From Octopus sinensis (Eukaryota), in the NCBI RefSeq assembly GCF_006345805.1, contig NC_043014.1:6386001-6450000 (forward strand): 64,000 nucleotides of DNA, written 5' to 3'. The notes under the pieces are model-generated. The model saw nothing but the letters and a program-made list of their open reading frames with translations, searched no databases and was not told the origin of the DNA. Both the position numbers and the translations under genes were made by a program. This document shows, piece by piece, positions 25,072 to 39,765 of this stretch (position 1 is its first letter; every line of letters starts with the position of its first letter).

Positions 25072-26008
25072 ATAATATATATATTATATATATATATATA
25101 TGAAAAAACAAGTCAAAAATAGAAAATGCTAAGATAATTTTATAAGTGAATCTCTCAGTACGGTTTTCGGTCATTTTGAGACCTTTTCAACTGTACGATT
25201 AAATAATTAAATTTAGAAAATTAGAAGAAAAGTTTTTTTAAAAGAATATTTCTATAGTAGTGTTCAGATATAAGTAGCATCTGCCTTTCTCTGACTCCCT
25301 TGTTTGCCACTTGTGTGTTCGAGGTCGTTGTGAGTTCTTGGTAGGGTAGGTGAAGAATAAGGATGCTGATGTGGAGAGGGTGGGGAAATCTGGGATGCCT
25401 TGATGGTCGTATTTTGAATGGTCAGTGGCTGACAGCAGTCGCAGTTCAATTCAGGAATTGTTTATGGAATTTTGCGTAGGCGTTATACTGAAAGACATTA
25501 GTGACAAAGTTAAGGGGTAGAAGGTGGAGAAGTAGAAGAAGAAGATGACGATGTTGATGATGATATGATGAAGAAGAAGAAAAGAAGAAGAAGAAGAAGG
25601 AGAAGGAGAAGATGATGGTGATGATGGTGGTGATGATGATGACCGATGATGATGATAATGATGATGATGAAGAGAAGAGGAAGAAAAAGAAAAAAAACAG
25701 AGAAGGGAGAATATGATTGGGTGAAAGTATAGCTGTGATGGGGCTGATTAGTAATGGATTTATGGAGTGTAATGTTTGTGTGTGTATATATTTCTTTTAT
25801 TCTAAAGAAAATCTCTTTATTACAAAATACAGGCCACTTCTTAACGGGTCTACGACAAACAATTAATATACCTCACTTTAGAATAAAGAAATTATACACA
25901 TATAAAATTATCTTAGCATTTTCTATTTTTGACTTTTTTTTTATATATATCAACTCGTGTGTTCCTTTCCACCCTCATATATATATATATATATTATATA
26001 GATATAGA

Positions 26009-26156
<148 letters not shown>

Positions 26157-26569
26157 ATATATATATATTTACGGTTATATTTAGTTGTATGCCCTTTACT
26201 GTATTGTCTAACTTAGTTCTCAGGAGAAAGACCGATTAAACTGATGCCACCGTCCGAGTGATCAGTCGGGTTTTTCTCACATCTGCAAAGCTGTAAATAA
26301 TGCAAATCGAAACCAAACTGTTAATACAAATAAATATATATTCTACGAACGTGCTGAGTGTTCATTTTCTTTCATTTTTAAAACTTATCTGTAAATTCGT
26401 ACATGCATCTGTGTTTGACATATTTATAACAGATCCTACACCACTGACGGCAACATGTGATACGCCTTGGAAGTCCGAAATCTGGTGATTCTCAGACAAT
26501 TCTAAACGAGTAGCTTTGTGGCGTAGAAGAAAGCTGGGCTTCTGAAGACGTCTAAGATTCTCCCCATCT

Positions 26570-27311
26570 CTCTCTCTCACGCTCTCTCTCTCTCTCTCTC
26601 TCATGGTCTCTCTCACGCTCTCTCTCTCTCACGTTCTCTCTCTCTCTCACGCTCTCCTCTCTCTCTCTCTCTCACGCTCTCTCTCTCACTCTCTCTCTCT
26701 CACGCTCTCTCTCTCTCTCACGCTCTCTCTCTCACGCTCTCTCTCTCTCTCACGCTCTCTCTCTCTCTTACGGTCTCTCTCACGCTCTCTCTCTCTCATG
26801 CTCTCTCTCTCTCACGCTCTCTCTCTATCTCTCTCTCATGGTCTCTCTCACGCTCTCTCTCTCTCACGCTCTCTCTCTCTCAGGCTCTCTCTCTCACGCT
26901 CTCTTTCTCTCTTTCTCTCTCTCTCTCTCTCTCACACGCTCTCTCTCTCACTCTCTCTCTCTCACGCTCTCTCTTACGCTCTCTCTCTCACGCTCGCTCT
27001 CTCTCACGCTCGCTCTCTCTCACGCTCGCTCTCTCTCACGCTCTCTCTCTCACGCTCTCTCTCTCACGCTCTCTCTCTCACGCTCTCTCTCACGCTCTCT
27101 CTCTCACGCTCTATCTCTCTCTCCGCTCTCTCTCTCACCGCTCTCTCTCTCACGCCCTCTCTCTCTTCACGTTTCTAGCTCTCTCTCTCTCACGCTCTCT
27201 CTCACGCCGCTCTCATCTCACGCCCTCTCTCTCTCTCTCACGTTCTCTCTCTCTCTCTCTCTCACGCTCTCTCTCTCTCTCATGCTCTCTCTCTCTCTCA
27301 CGCACTCTCTC

Positions 27312-27365
<54 letters not shown>

Positions 27366-27368
27366 CTC
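26570..27368. repeat. Compound (CT)n microsatellite periodically interrupted by CACG
   Basis: Repeating ctctctctcacg units. Confidence 0.9.
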
Positions 27369-27369
27369 A

Positions 27370-27674
27370 GAAATGTCATCTTATCTTCATTGATCTTAAT
27401 TCCGCGTCCGTAACCGCTTTAATCCGGTTTGATGATTTACTAGTGTATTTCTTAACTCTCCGGGCGAATCCTTCGGCTCAACGCTGGTGAAGTTTTCTGT
27501 GGCCGGGCGATCGATTTTTTGCGATCCTTACGCCTCAGGGTCGTTTAAGAAGTTCTCAATGTCAGTTTTCCTGCCATCAGTTTAACTGAATATGGCAACT
27601 CCAGATTGACCCTGCTTCTGGAGCTCTACAATTCTGCTATGTTCAAAATTCGTCAACACTTTAGTTTTACTCAT
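27370..27674 (-). mobile_element. Tc3/Tc1-like transposase N-terminal remnant
   Basis: Minus strand MSKTKVLTNFEHSRIVELQKQG...NFLNDPEA*G, resembling the Tc3 DNA-binding domain; contains stops. Confidence 0.5.
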
Positions 27675-30029
27675 TGCTATTCTTGTGGAAATAGACAGGG
27701 AGTGACCGCAGTTGCTAACACAGAGAAAGTCTAAACAGAAATGCCAGAATAGTTTATGCCAGATTTAAACTTTTTATTTGTCATGGTCTTGAAGTTTTGA
27801 GCAGTCAAAATATTCTTCGGGATCTTTTCGGTTTGAACGGCAGTTTTTTCTAACGGTGTCATATGAAATTGTCACCCATGATTATGACCTTAGTATCGAT
27901 CTAATGCATTTCAATCTGTTTTAGGGTTAGGGTTAGTTAGGGTTACGGTTGAGGTTAGGGTTAGGGGTGGGGGGAAAGGTACCTTTTTTCTTCAGAAATG
28001 TAAATAAATCCAATCTGTTTCATAAACGAGGGACATTTTCATACGGCAGAGAATGTTTTCATTTCAATAGACGTCATTGATTGGTTGAAATTGCAGAAAT
28101 TGAAGAAAAAGAACAACAAATATTTTACAGACTATAGAATTTTCTCAATAAAGCCAGGAGAAAAAGTTGTTTTATAAACACATTCTACCAGTATACGAAG
28201 TTTAAAAGTGTTTAGTTACGTGGAAATTATTTTTAAAAACTGCCGTTCAAACCGAAAAGGTCCATTGTTCGCTTTCATACAATATATATTTTCCGTTAGG
28301 TTTTCGTATCTTCTTTTTCTAATAGCCAATAATGAAAAATAGTTGAATATTTCGGTCTGTAAGGAATTCATTTCGGAAGTTTTTTCCTTGGTCTTATGAT
28401 TTTGTGCAGAAGTGTAGGTAATATCCATAATCGGTTTGAAATGAGAAAATTCGATCATAATCCATGGCATGGAATTTTGGACGTTACCAGTTCCAGTTTT
28501 GAACAGAGAAGGAATGAGGGTTGCATAGGGATATTAAACACTAGTCAGAAAGAAAGACAGACAAGAGTAGATATATACCAGTCATTACAATGGGGGTATG
28601 CTTATTGAAAAAGGTTGAGGGATGCATCTATATAGACAGATAGATAAGGAGATGAAAAATAGCAACGTCAGATATTGTCGTCCTTTAAGTGACCACCAAA
28701 GCTGGCCAGAGTTGGCAAAAGTGAGAGGGAAGAATATCCTCGATAACTGTATTATATATCTATATATGACGGGTTTCCGCACAGTTTCTGTCGAGCAAAT
28801 TCACTGAGAAGTCGGGTGGGCCAGGTCTATCGTGGAATACGCTCATCCAAAGTGCTGCATGGTGATACTGGACCAGAAAACACGTGTTTTCAAATTGAGC
28901 ATCTTAAGAACATATCTATTCCTGCGTGTTAGCCAAACTTGTGCGTGCGTGCGTATGCATGCGTGTGTGTGTGTGTGTGTGTGCGTGCGTGCGTATGCAT
29001 GCGTGTGTGTGTGTGTATGTGTTTGTGTGTGTGCGCACGCACATAACAGTGTGATTGTGTGTGTAAATATTATAATAAATCAAATGACCGCAAATCGAAA
29101 TAGGAGACGATATGATTTATAAGTTTTAAAAAAGCGTGCAACAAATCAACCACCCCACCCCCACACACCACCATACACACACACACTTCTTTTTACAGAT
29201 TTAATGATATATTTGCAAAGAATCCCGCATTTTCACGGTTTCGCTGTTTTCACATTCCCAAAGCTGAATGTTTCGAATCCAGAAACGCGGTTCACTTACT
29301 TTGGAACAATTTCTCTTCTCTTATTCGAATTCCAAAGAGATTTTCTTGAAGAATTTAGCAGCGTTTTCTAAATTCAAAATACTCAGTTTTTTTGGTAACT
29401 TACTGAATTAGCAAAAGCAGAGATACTTTGCTGAAACAATTTCATACATTTAAATACTTAAAACACAACTCCTTGGTTTATATATATATATATAAGAATA
29501 TTTATGTGTGTGTGTGTGTATGACGATAAAAGCATCTTCTGTGTTGCTCCCGGAATAGTGAAAGTGAAGGTAAATATATGAAATGTACTTCTCTTTTTTC
29601 GTTTTTTTTCATTTTTGTGGGGCAGGGTGTTCTTACACCTTCAACTCCTTTATTTTAAATTTGCATTCTTCCGGTTTTTAATTTAATGTTAAATGTCTGT
29701 GTGTGAGTTTTTGTAAATGGGGGTGAGAGTGTTAGTGCACGTGTGCATGTATGTGTATGTATTAGTGTGTGTATGAGTCTGTGTGTGTGTGTATGTGTGT
29801 TTGCGCGTGTATGCGGGAGGTTTATAAACCCAGCGGAAGTTTTTGGAATAGCTATGCAAAAAATAATTGGATGAGGATTTTTTCTCCTTGGATCTTTTGT
29901 TTCTTTTTCGTTTATTTTAGCCTCTTTTGTGTTTCACAAAACAGGAATTAAGATTCTGCAAGAATTTCTCTTCTTCAAAAATGTCAATACTTTTAAATTT
30001 TCTCTTCACTGCTCCAGTTCAGCATTCAA

Positions 30030-30310
30030 GGAGATTGAACCGGAAACCATGTGGTTTCAAAGCAAGATTTTACCACACAGCCACACCTGCACCTACACCA
30101 CACCCACCCACACATATATATACATATATATATATATATACATATATACAACGGGCTTCTTTCAGTTTCCGTCTACCAAATCCACTCACAAGGCATTGGT
30201 CGGCCCGAGGCTATAGCAGAAGACAGTTGCCCAAGATGCCACGCAGTGGACTGAACCCGGAACCATGTGGTTGGTAAACAAGCTACTTACCACACAGCCA
30301 CTCCTGCGTC
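30030..30310 (-). mobile_element. Second SINE family, partial copies
   Basis: Reverse complement of the head segment. Confidence 0.75.
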
Positions 30311-30459
<149 letters not shown>

Positions 30460-30495
30460 TATATATATATTAATATATATATATATATATATATA

Positions 30496-30542
<47 letters not shown>

Positions 30543-30544
30543 TA

Positions 30545-30594
<50 letters not shown>

Positions 30595-30739
30595 AAAAAA
30601 TGAAGTTCGAAAATGCTGCTATATTATACAATTTTTAATTTTTATATATACATTATAACATGTTTCGGTTCCTGAAATGAACCTTATCAAAATTTACCTT
30701 ATATATGTATATATATGTATATATATGTGTATATATATG

Positions 30740-30793
<54 letters not shown>

Positions 30794-32293
30794 AATGTAT
30801 GTATATATATATATATATATATGTGTATATATATATATATACACGGCGAATGTAGAGACGGACATCTCTACGGTAATGGAGAGCCATCATGTTTGAAAGC
30901 TTTAATTCGTCATTGTTAACTTCATTTGATATTTCCCTAGTCGAAGAAGAGGTTTTGTTCCTGCTTTTGCAGCCGGAGGGTTTCTACAAAAAGCCCTTAA
31001 TATTGGATCAGAAGGCAACTGTACCCAGCCTTTATTTTTGTTTACCCCCATTTTTCCCAGTTATGTATTCCCCAGAATCCCGATTATTCTCTAATTCTGT
31101 CCGTTCCTCTTATACTTTTTCTTGTCCTTCATTCATTTATTCACACTCAAACTGTCACAATTTCTTATTTAACTGCCCCTGACTTAAACAGTCTTCGCTT
31201 TTGTTAATTTCTAACCCTAACCCTTTGCCCTGAGACAATTGGCTTCATTTTCCTCTCCTTCTCTCACTCACACTTGATCCGAACTATTTAATTTCCGACT
31301 CTAAGTCACTCAGCCCAATTTTTCTCACACACTAACTCATCATTTCTTAGCCTCTATCTTCTACGTATTGTGTTTCTCCTCTCAAATCTAGGTCCTCCTT
31401 CTCTTCTTGCGTGATATCTGAATATTCACATAAATAAAAGTTGATATTCTGGATAAATGCATTTAAAATATCAACTTTCGATGCTGCAATTATTCCGATA
31501 TTATTCGTGTTCGTCGTACCTTTATTCAGATTTTTGTACAATATCAGAACAGTCAGATTAGAACAAGGAAACAATTTGTTTCTTTATAGCTTGATGTATC
31601 ACCCTCGTTATTCTCATCCACTCCCCCTATCCTCATCACCATTTGATGTCCCTTTTTATATGATGGCATGGATTGGACGGTTTATCAGGGGCTGGTAAGT
31701 CAGAGGAGTGTGTCATACACCAATGTCTACATTACAATAGTTTCTACAAGTGGATGCTCTGCCTTACTCCAACCACTTTACAAAGTATATTGACGTATTT
31801 GTTGTGGCACCATCTCTAGTGGGGTCACCAATTCTCTGCAAGACAAGGTCCCTCAACGGATTGTCGTAAACCATACATCACTTTCTTAATTATTCTTTAT
31901 AAAAGCAATAATAAAACTTAATACTGATAGGGCACAGAAAGTTTGTCTAAAGCCAGCTGGAGGCGGTGTCCTCCTGGAGCTACAAACTACAGTAGCATCC
32001 CCCCTTAGGGGTTAGCCATATTTAAATGGCAAATATACGTCTTTATAAAATGTAATTTTGAAATAATTTTCTCATTTCACATGAGCTTTCATTTAATTCT
32101 TTCTGTTTTATTTGTTGAGTACTTTTTCATTAATTAACTAATTAATTTTATCACTTATTAGTTTCATCATATTTAGACAGGAAGAACTATTGCCAAATTT
32201 TTTCTAATTCTTATTTGACCTGGCTCAAATATGTCACGTGGTTACAATGCTTTCGTTCGAGGCAGTCGGAGCTCGTTTTCTCTACCAACCAAC

Positions 32294-32323
32294 ATGGTGA
32301 CGACGACGACGACGACGACGATG

Positions 32324-32355
<32 letters not shown>

Positions 32356-32396
32356 GATGATTATATCTGTGATGATACTTCCATGCTCGTCACTCA
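32294..32396 (+). CDS. Ig-family gene 2, exon 1 (signal peptide MVT7M7VM5IISVMILPCSSL)
   Basis: Paralog of 13385-13469, phase-1 gtaagt donor at 32397, upstream in-frame ATG at 32231. Confidence 0.75.
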
Positions 32397-32504
32397 GTAA
32401 GTTTAGATTAAAAACAATAAATTTATCTCTTCAACATTTTCTCTCCCTTCTCTCGCACTTACTCTCTCTTTTTACTGTTTCTTTCTCTGCCATGCTCTTA
32501 CTCG

Positions 32505-32649
<145 letters not shown>

Positions 32650-33158
32650 ATAAGAAAAGTTAAGTTTGTAATGTTTTTAATTCTCATCTCACTAAATTTA
32701 TCCAGCTATTGTGTATCTAGTACACTCTTCGCCTTGAATGTAATGATATATGTATAATATATGGCGTGTACTGGTACACCGGCGATTATAATTAATTTTA
32801 TTGTATCGCATTTATCTTTGTTTATATATATATATATATATATATATGCATATGTGGGCACAGGACGTCATGACACGTGTACAACAAAGAAATACGAAGT
32901 ATGAGTATATGGAATATGAAATATTTTTTCGAACAACAAAAGATACAAAGGGAAAACAAGACAAGCAACATAAAGAACGATTTTGCGGTACTTCGTATTT
33001 TTTTTTATACACGTTTCATGACGTCCTGTTTCCACATATGCATATATATATATATACGTATAGATGTATGTACATATACGTATGTATATATGTAGACATA
33101 TATATATATGTGTGTGTATATATATATATTATACATATTATATATATATATATATAAT

Positions 33159-33191
<33 letters not shown>

Positions 33192-33231
33192 ATATATATA
33201 TATATATTATATATATATATATATATATATT

Positions 33232-35111
33232 GATAAAACGGTAAGATAACAAAGGAAAGAAAGAGACCTCAATATTATGTAAATAGAGGAAATTTATCTA
33301 TACAATATGTTACATTACTCGGTAGTCAAGATAAAACTCTGAGTTTCAGATGCCGAAGTGGAAATCCACAACCCCATCTCTTCGGTTATCTGGCTATTTG
33401 AAAACGTTATGAAAAAATACCGTTAAATAAAGGGAAATTACTCTGTTATTACTCTGCTTGCCTGCGTACTTACACATCGCTCGCATTTTTCGTCATAAAA
33501 ATTATGTAAAAATTATATAAAAATACATAAAAAATATATATAAAAAATATATAAAAATATATAAAAATATATAAATTCTTCTTGTTCTATCTGTTTTCTT
33601 TAGGGGACCAAAAACGTAACAGAAATTTAGTCACATGTGGGCATGATCCGAAAAGCTCTGTCCTTGTATTTAGACATGTAGTAGGGTCTAAGCTGCTTTT
33701 CCAGATAAGCCATCTCTCCATGTCGCATAGACCGCACCTTCCGCTGCCGTTAGTATAGGGCTTACATCTGGCCAAAATCTTCCATTGTATGTTATAATCG
33801 ACACCTTTATCTCTTAAAGACCAAATATGATTAGATAATTGTGTCGCTTTTCTTTTGTTTACGGTAGCTTCATATATGATGGTCTTGGACATGCAAGCTC
33901 CATTTAGCGGGCACAATTCTTTATTCCTGCATGAACAGCTGTTTTCTTCTTGTGTTTTTTGTATGTTATGTTTGATTATGTTTTTAAAATTGGTAGTTGA
34001 ACTAAAACTAATTTTTAAATTGTGTCTATTGAAGAGTTTCCCTATAAGTATAGTTAACTGGAAAATGTCTATCTATCAGTGCTAGGAAATATTTACCTAT
34101 ATTGAAGGCCACCTCGGGTGAGTAAGGGGGCGTAAACCAGATGACCTTCCTTTTTCTATTATTCCTTTTTCCTTACTGTTGGGCTAGTGATAGGTGTATA
34201 TTTTATTTTTTCGCTAAAACCACTATCTTTTAAAGCCTTATTATAAACTGGGGCAACGCTATTGAAGATGTCCTCATCAGATGAGAGGCTAGAAATCCTC
34301 TTACTAATATTTTTAACTAAATTTTTGAATACTATAGGGGGATGGCATGAACCTACATTAATATAACTTAGTCTATCATTGGGCTTCCTATAAGGCTTAT
34401 AAATATTCTTATTAAGATCTAAGGAAACGTCTAAGAAATTGACAACCGTCAGGTTAGTATCTATAGTTATACTAAGTCCGAAGTGTTTCATTAACTGGAT
34501 AATATCCTTCCTAAAACGATCTTGTGCTGGTCCATTTGTATTAGCTGTTAAGGCGAGGGTATCATCTTTGTAGATGGTGAAATGTACGTTAGGGAATGTC
34601 TTACCTAAGGTATCTAGGAGAAAAGGTCCAATTAGATCACAGATGCCTGCCCCATCATATGAACCCATGCTCACATCGAAAGCGCCCTCTGTGTCGGTGT
34701 TTTTTACCCACTTTGCGTTCTCACTGAAAAGTAATGTCTTTCTAGCATGGAAGATTATGTCCTTATCATTGGTACTAATTTCTATGAAGTCACTAGCGAA
34801 GATGAGGGCTTTATCTAGCAGTTCTTTAGAGATAGAGGCATAAAAATCAACAATATCGAATTGTGTAAACCTCGCTTTTTTCTTATTCTTAATAGCATTA
34901 AACCAGTCTACGACTAAATTTCCTCTATTTACATAATATTGAGGTCTCTTTCTTTCCTTTGTTATCTTACCGTTTTATCAATAAATCACCTCCCGGACGA
35001 CGTTATTTTCAACTAAGAGCAGATAACCGAAGAGATGGTGTTGTGGATTTCCACTTCGGCATCTGAAACTCAGAGTTTTATCTTGACTACCGAGTAATGT
35101 TACATATTGTA
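33232..35111 (-). mobile_element. Penelope-like element fragment (RT + GIY-YIG) with terminal inverted segments
   Basis: RT MGSYDGAGICDLIG...YKDD (34159-34674); nuclease region CPLNGAC...IIYEATV...LSNHIWSL...CGLC (33587-33916). Confidence 0.82.
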
Positions 35112-35427
35112 TATATATATATATATATATATACAATATGTTACATACACTTGTATGCATATATATACATATATCATTTATATTACCATATAATTGAACG
35201 CCACGCATCCTCTTCCAACTAAGTATTTTTCTTGCAAATACATATATACGAGAGTGAGTCGAAAAGAAATGCCATTTTGTTTAGGACAGGTAGAATCATC
35301 AACAAAGGAACATGTATCATACATCGAAATGAAGCTGGTCCTCTGCGTATCACATCCCTACTCCTCAACATAGTCACCGTTTCTCTCAATAGCAATATTC
35401 CACCAACGAATGAGAGCATATAAACCC

Positions 35428-35482
<55 letters not shown>

Positions 35483-35483
35483 T

Positions 35484-35579
<96 letters not shown>

Positions 35580-35754
35580 ATAGGCAGACAGACACAACCG
35601 AAAGAGCTACTTATAGTTTCATGTTTTTATGATACTTGATCAGATAACATTCTGGTTTCGCGTCTTAAGTAGAAGCGATAATTAAATCTCTTTGAGTAAT
35701 TTTTTCCGTCCCATTTTTCGTGTATTCAATCATTGATTTGTTCCTCACCCATAG

Positions 35755-36087
35755 ATCATGTTGAAATGACAAGCCTAAAACCATTCGAAGGATTTGGGAT
35801 CAATGGACCAACTCAAATGGATATAACATGTCGTGTTCAAGCAGAAGACTTATTATTCTTCAGACTCAGGCGTAACAATGAAGTCGTTGTTGATATTGGT
35901 TTCAACGATGGTGAAGGAGTCTTTGAAGTAATTCATGACCTGAAAGGTTACTACTGCAACATGCCGCAATCGAGAAAGATTAATGCAGTATTAAAATGCT
36001 GGAAACCAAATCTAGATTGCGGTGATGTAGGATCTTATACGTGTGAGATATCGGATGCAAAGTGGTCCAATTCAAGGAGGCTAAAAG
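35755..36087 (+). CDS. Ig-family gene 2, exon 2 (V-like Ig domain)
   Basis: atag acceptor, gttaat donor, 333 nt, phase 1-1. DITC...DVGSYTC; about 76% aa identity to the gene 1 exon. Confidence 0.85.
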
Positions 36088-36129
36088 GTTAATTTTGTTT
36101 CATCTTATGAAAAAAAAAAGTAACACTAT

Positions 36130-36147
36130 TACTACTAATACAAGTAA

Positions 36148-36188
<41 letters not shown>

Positions 36189-36396
36189 TACTACTACTAC
36201 TACTATACTACTACCAATACTGAAAATAATAATAACAACAATAATAATAATAACAACAACAATAATAATAAATAATAACAATAATAATAATAATAATAAC
36301 AACAAAAATAATAATAATAATAATAATAAATAATAATGATAATGATAATAATAACAACAACAACAACAACAACGACAACGACGACGAAATCAACAA

Positions 36397-36451
<55 letters not shown>

Positions 36452-36479
36452 GTAATAATAATAATAATAATAAATAATA

Positions 36480-36516
<37 letters not shown>

Positions 36517-36631
36517 TATAATAATAATCATCCGGAAGGTGCTTGAAAAATTAGGGGTGTTACCTTAGTTCACTGGTAGTGAACAGCTGACACCGTAGTA
36601 ACATCTCCAGCGTCAGAAGCTGTGCAAAGGC

Positions 36632-36686
<55 letters not shown>

Positions 36687-36727
36687 TAATAATAATAATA
36701 ATAATAATTAATAATAATAATAATAAC

Positions 36728-36823
<96 letters not shown>

Positions 36824-36865
36824 TTAATAATAATGATGATGATGGTGATGATGATATTGATAATG

Positions 36866-36909
<44 letters not shown>

Positions 36910-37017
36910 TAATAATAATTAATAATAATGAAAAAAAATAATAATAATAATAATAATAAATAATAATGATAATAATAATAAAACAATAACAACAACAACA
37001 ACGACGACGAAATCAAC

Positions 37018-37048
<31 letters not shown>

Positions 37049-37090
37049 TTAATAATAATGATGATGATGGTGATGATGATATTGATAATG

Positions 37091-37155
<65 letters not shown>

Positions 37156-37273
37156 CCGGAAGGTGCTTGAAAAATAAGGGATGTTACCTTAGTTCACTGG
37201 TAGTGAACAGCTGACACCGTAGTACATCTCCAGCGTCAGAAGCTGTGCAAAGGCAATAATAATAATAATAATA

Positions 37274-37340
<67 letters not shown>
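36130..37340. repeat. (CTA)n/(TAA)n tract with internal ~624-bp duplication
   Basis: The same ~100-bp LINE 3' stub at 36530-36631 and 37154-37254. Confidence 0.85.
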
Positions 37341-39398
37341 TAAACTTTTGGAAAAGGATTTGGAGTGACAAGAAGACGTACAACATAAATGCAGACTGGA
37401 TTATACAAACTGAAGGATCCTACCAAAATTTACAACAACAAGCATGGGAAGACATCACAATAGCAGACCTAAGAAAGGCACTCACGAAGGCCCATAATTG
37501 GAAACCCCCCGGTAAAGATAGGGTGCCGAATTTCTGGCTCGCATCGCTCCCATGCGCACACGGTAAGCTAGTTCAGCTGCTCAATGGAATTATGAGAGAC
37601 CCAAAGAAAACACCTGAATGGTTAGCAAGTGGCATTACTCACCTACTCTCAAAGAATAACGAAACCAACCTTCCAAAAAACTATCGGCCTATAACCTGTC
37701 TATCCACCACGTATAAAATCCTAACATCTATCCTGGCGGAGAAAACATATGCATTCATGGAGAAGAACGATATTTTCCCCATTGAACAAAAAGGGTGCCG
37801 CCGAGGCTCTTACGGATGCAAAGATCAACTGCTAATTAATCGTATGATCCTTGAAAACTGTCACAACAAGTGCAGAAATCTCAGCACCGCATGGATTGAC
37901 TATAAAAAGGCCTTCGACAGTATACCGCATCCTGGATCTTGAGATCGCTGGACATCTTCAAAATTTCCCCTGTGATTTCAAACTTCCTGAAGCACAAATG
38001 TCGTTGTGGAATACGAATCTCCAATTATACCACTCTAATGGAGTACTTGCCTCAGAAAATATAAACATCAACTGTGCAATTTTTCAAGGTGACTCACTTT
38101 CACCTTTAATATTCTGCATAGCCCTAATACCCCTTACAAGTGAATTAAACAGAACAGGGTATGGGTATAAAATTGCCAATAAAAAATAAGCCATCTATTT
38201 TATAGGATGACTTAAAACTTTATGGTAAAGACAATAATGAACTTGAAGGCCTATTGCGCACCGTGAAAGCATTCAGCGATGACATCGGGATGGAGTTTGG
38301 ACTTGAGAAGTGTGCCAAGGCCACTTTCCAGAAAGGGAAAGTGAAGACCACAAATTCAGTCGTGTTAGATGTTGACACAGTCATAAGAGAGCTTGAGCAA
38401 GAACAAACATACAAATATTTAGGGATAAATGAAGGCTCTGGTATTCAGCATGCAAGCATGAAAGAGAAGATCAGGAAGGAATGTTATAGGAGAGTTCGTG
38501 CAGTCCTGAAATCTGAACTAAATGCACGTAACAAGGTGTTAGCTATAAATTCATTAGCAGTTCCAGTTGTTACTTATAGCTACACTGTGTTGAACTGGAA
38601 TATGAGTGAAGTAAAGAATATAGATAGGAAAGTACGCAAGCTGCTGAGTTGTAATAGGATGCACCACCCAAAGGCAGACGTAGATCGCCTTTACCTTCCC
38701 AGAGCCCAAGGAGGTCGAGGCCTGATCCAATTTGAACTAGCTTACAAAACAACCACAATTGGACTGGCCAAATATCTCGAAATATCGAATGACTGGATGC
38801 TAAAGCTCGTGGAAAATCACGAGAGACGAAAGAAGCTTCATTCTATCATAAAGGAAAGCAAAATATTTGCTATTGATCTCGTACAGGATACCCAAACTGA
38901 ACAACCCGAGGGAAGTACGGCAACTATTGTTGCAAAGAAGGTGAAAATGATGGCAACGAATAAAGCGCACGAGCAATTGGCTGATAGGTAGGAGGAGAAA
39001 CCTCTGCACGGCAAATATGTGACCCGCAGCAAACAAGCTGATGTTGACCAGAAGCAAACCCATCAGTGGCTACGGAGCTCAGGGCTAAAAGCAGAGAGCG
39101 AAGGTTTCATCCTGGCTGCTCAAGATCAAAGCCTATTAACCCGGAACTACCAGGCCACTGTGATGAAAAATGGAGCAGATCCAAAATGCCGATTCTGCAA
39201 CGACATGATTGAAACAGTGGACCACCTAATCTCTGACATCATCCTGACATCATCGTTGCCATCCTGAGCCAATCGTTGAAGGTAAAAATGTCAGGATCCT
39301 CTGAGATTTTCCAGTCAACACCGACAGAACGATCCAGGCTAATCGACCAGACATAGTCAATAAAGACAGGGGAGAAAATACTTGTAGACTAATTGACG
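37341..39398 (+). mobile_element. R4/Dong-like REL-endonuclease LINE, truncated and frameshifted, starting at a (TAA)n tract
   Basis: RT motifs NYRPITCL, EQKGCRRGSYGCKDQL, WIDYKKAFDS, FQGDSLSPL; zinc knuckle CRFC...ETVDHL; REL motif TD..IQANRPDIV. Confidence 0.85.
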
Positions 39399-39765
39399 GG
39401 AGAGGTATGCTGTAATATATAGCTGGAAGATCCTGGAAGGAATTGTGCCAAATTTTGGTTTGAAAGCTACACCAATGCCAGAACGGCACGACACGGCATA
39501 GTGCCAAAGATCCCAGCAATGTCATCACGCTTCAGGACCAATTACTGCAACGGCCTGGGTTTCAGGGGCCCACAGCTATTTAATATTCTCCCAAAGAGTC
39601 TGAGGAACTTGCACAAAGTAGATGTTGCGGTTTTTAAATCAAAGCTGGACATCTTCCTGTCGAGAGTCCCAGATGAACCTACCTCACGGCAAGAGGTGCA
39701 AATGAGGGTAGCTATATCAAACTCCATTCTTCACCAAGTGCCACATCTAAGAGAAGGCTCTTAGT
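39399..39765 (+). mobile_element. CR1-group LINE 3' fragment
   Basis: ERYAVIYSWKILEG...GLGFRGPQLFNILP, homologous to the 43280-43510 region. Confidence 0.8.

Noticed and set aside
25156-25193. Minus-strand TTGAAAA...GAAA hammerhead-like motif
   Set aside because: Helix II pairs, but helix I is only 3 bp and helix III is not palindromic; too weak to call.
26603-27413. Two 191-aa Ser/Leu ORFs
   Set aside because: Translations of the compound (CT)n repeat.
27923-27965. TTAGGG-like repeats as an interstitial telomere
   Set aside because: Only a few degenerate units inside repeat-derived sequence.
31347-31574. 75-aa ORF conserved at 55526-55753
   Set aside because: Conservation is explained by the segmental duplication; no recognisable domain or splice context.
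32215-32400. Poly-Asp reading of the exon 1 microsatellite
   Set aside because: That frame is not phase-compatible with the downstream Ig exon; only the Met frame splices in frame.
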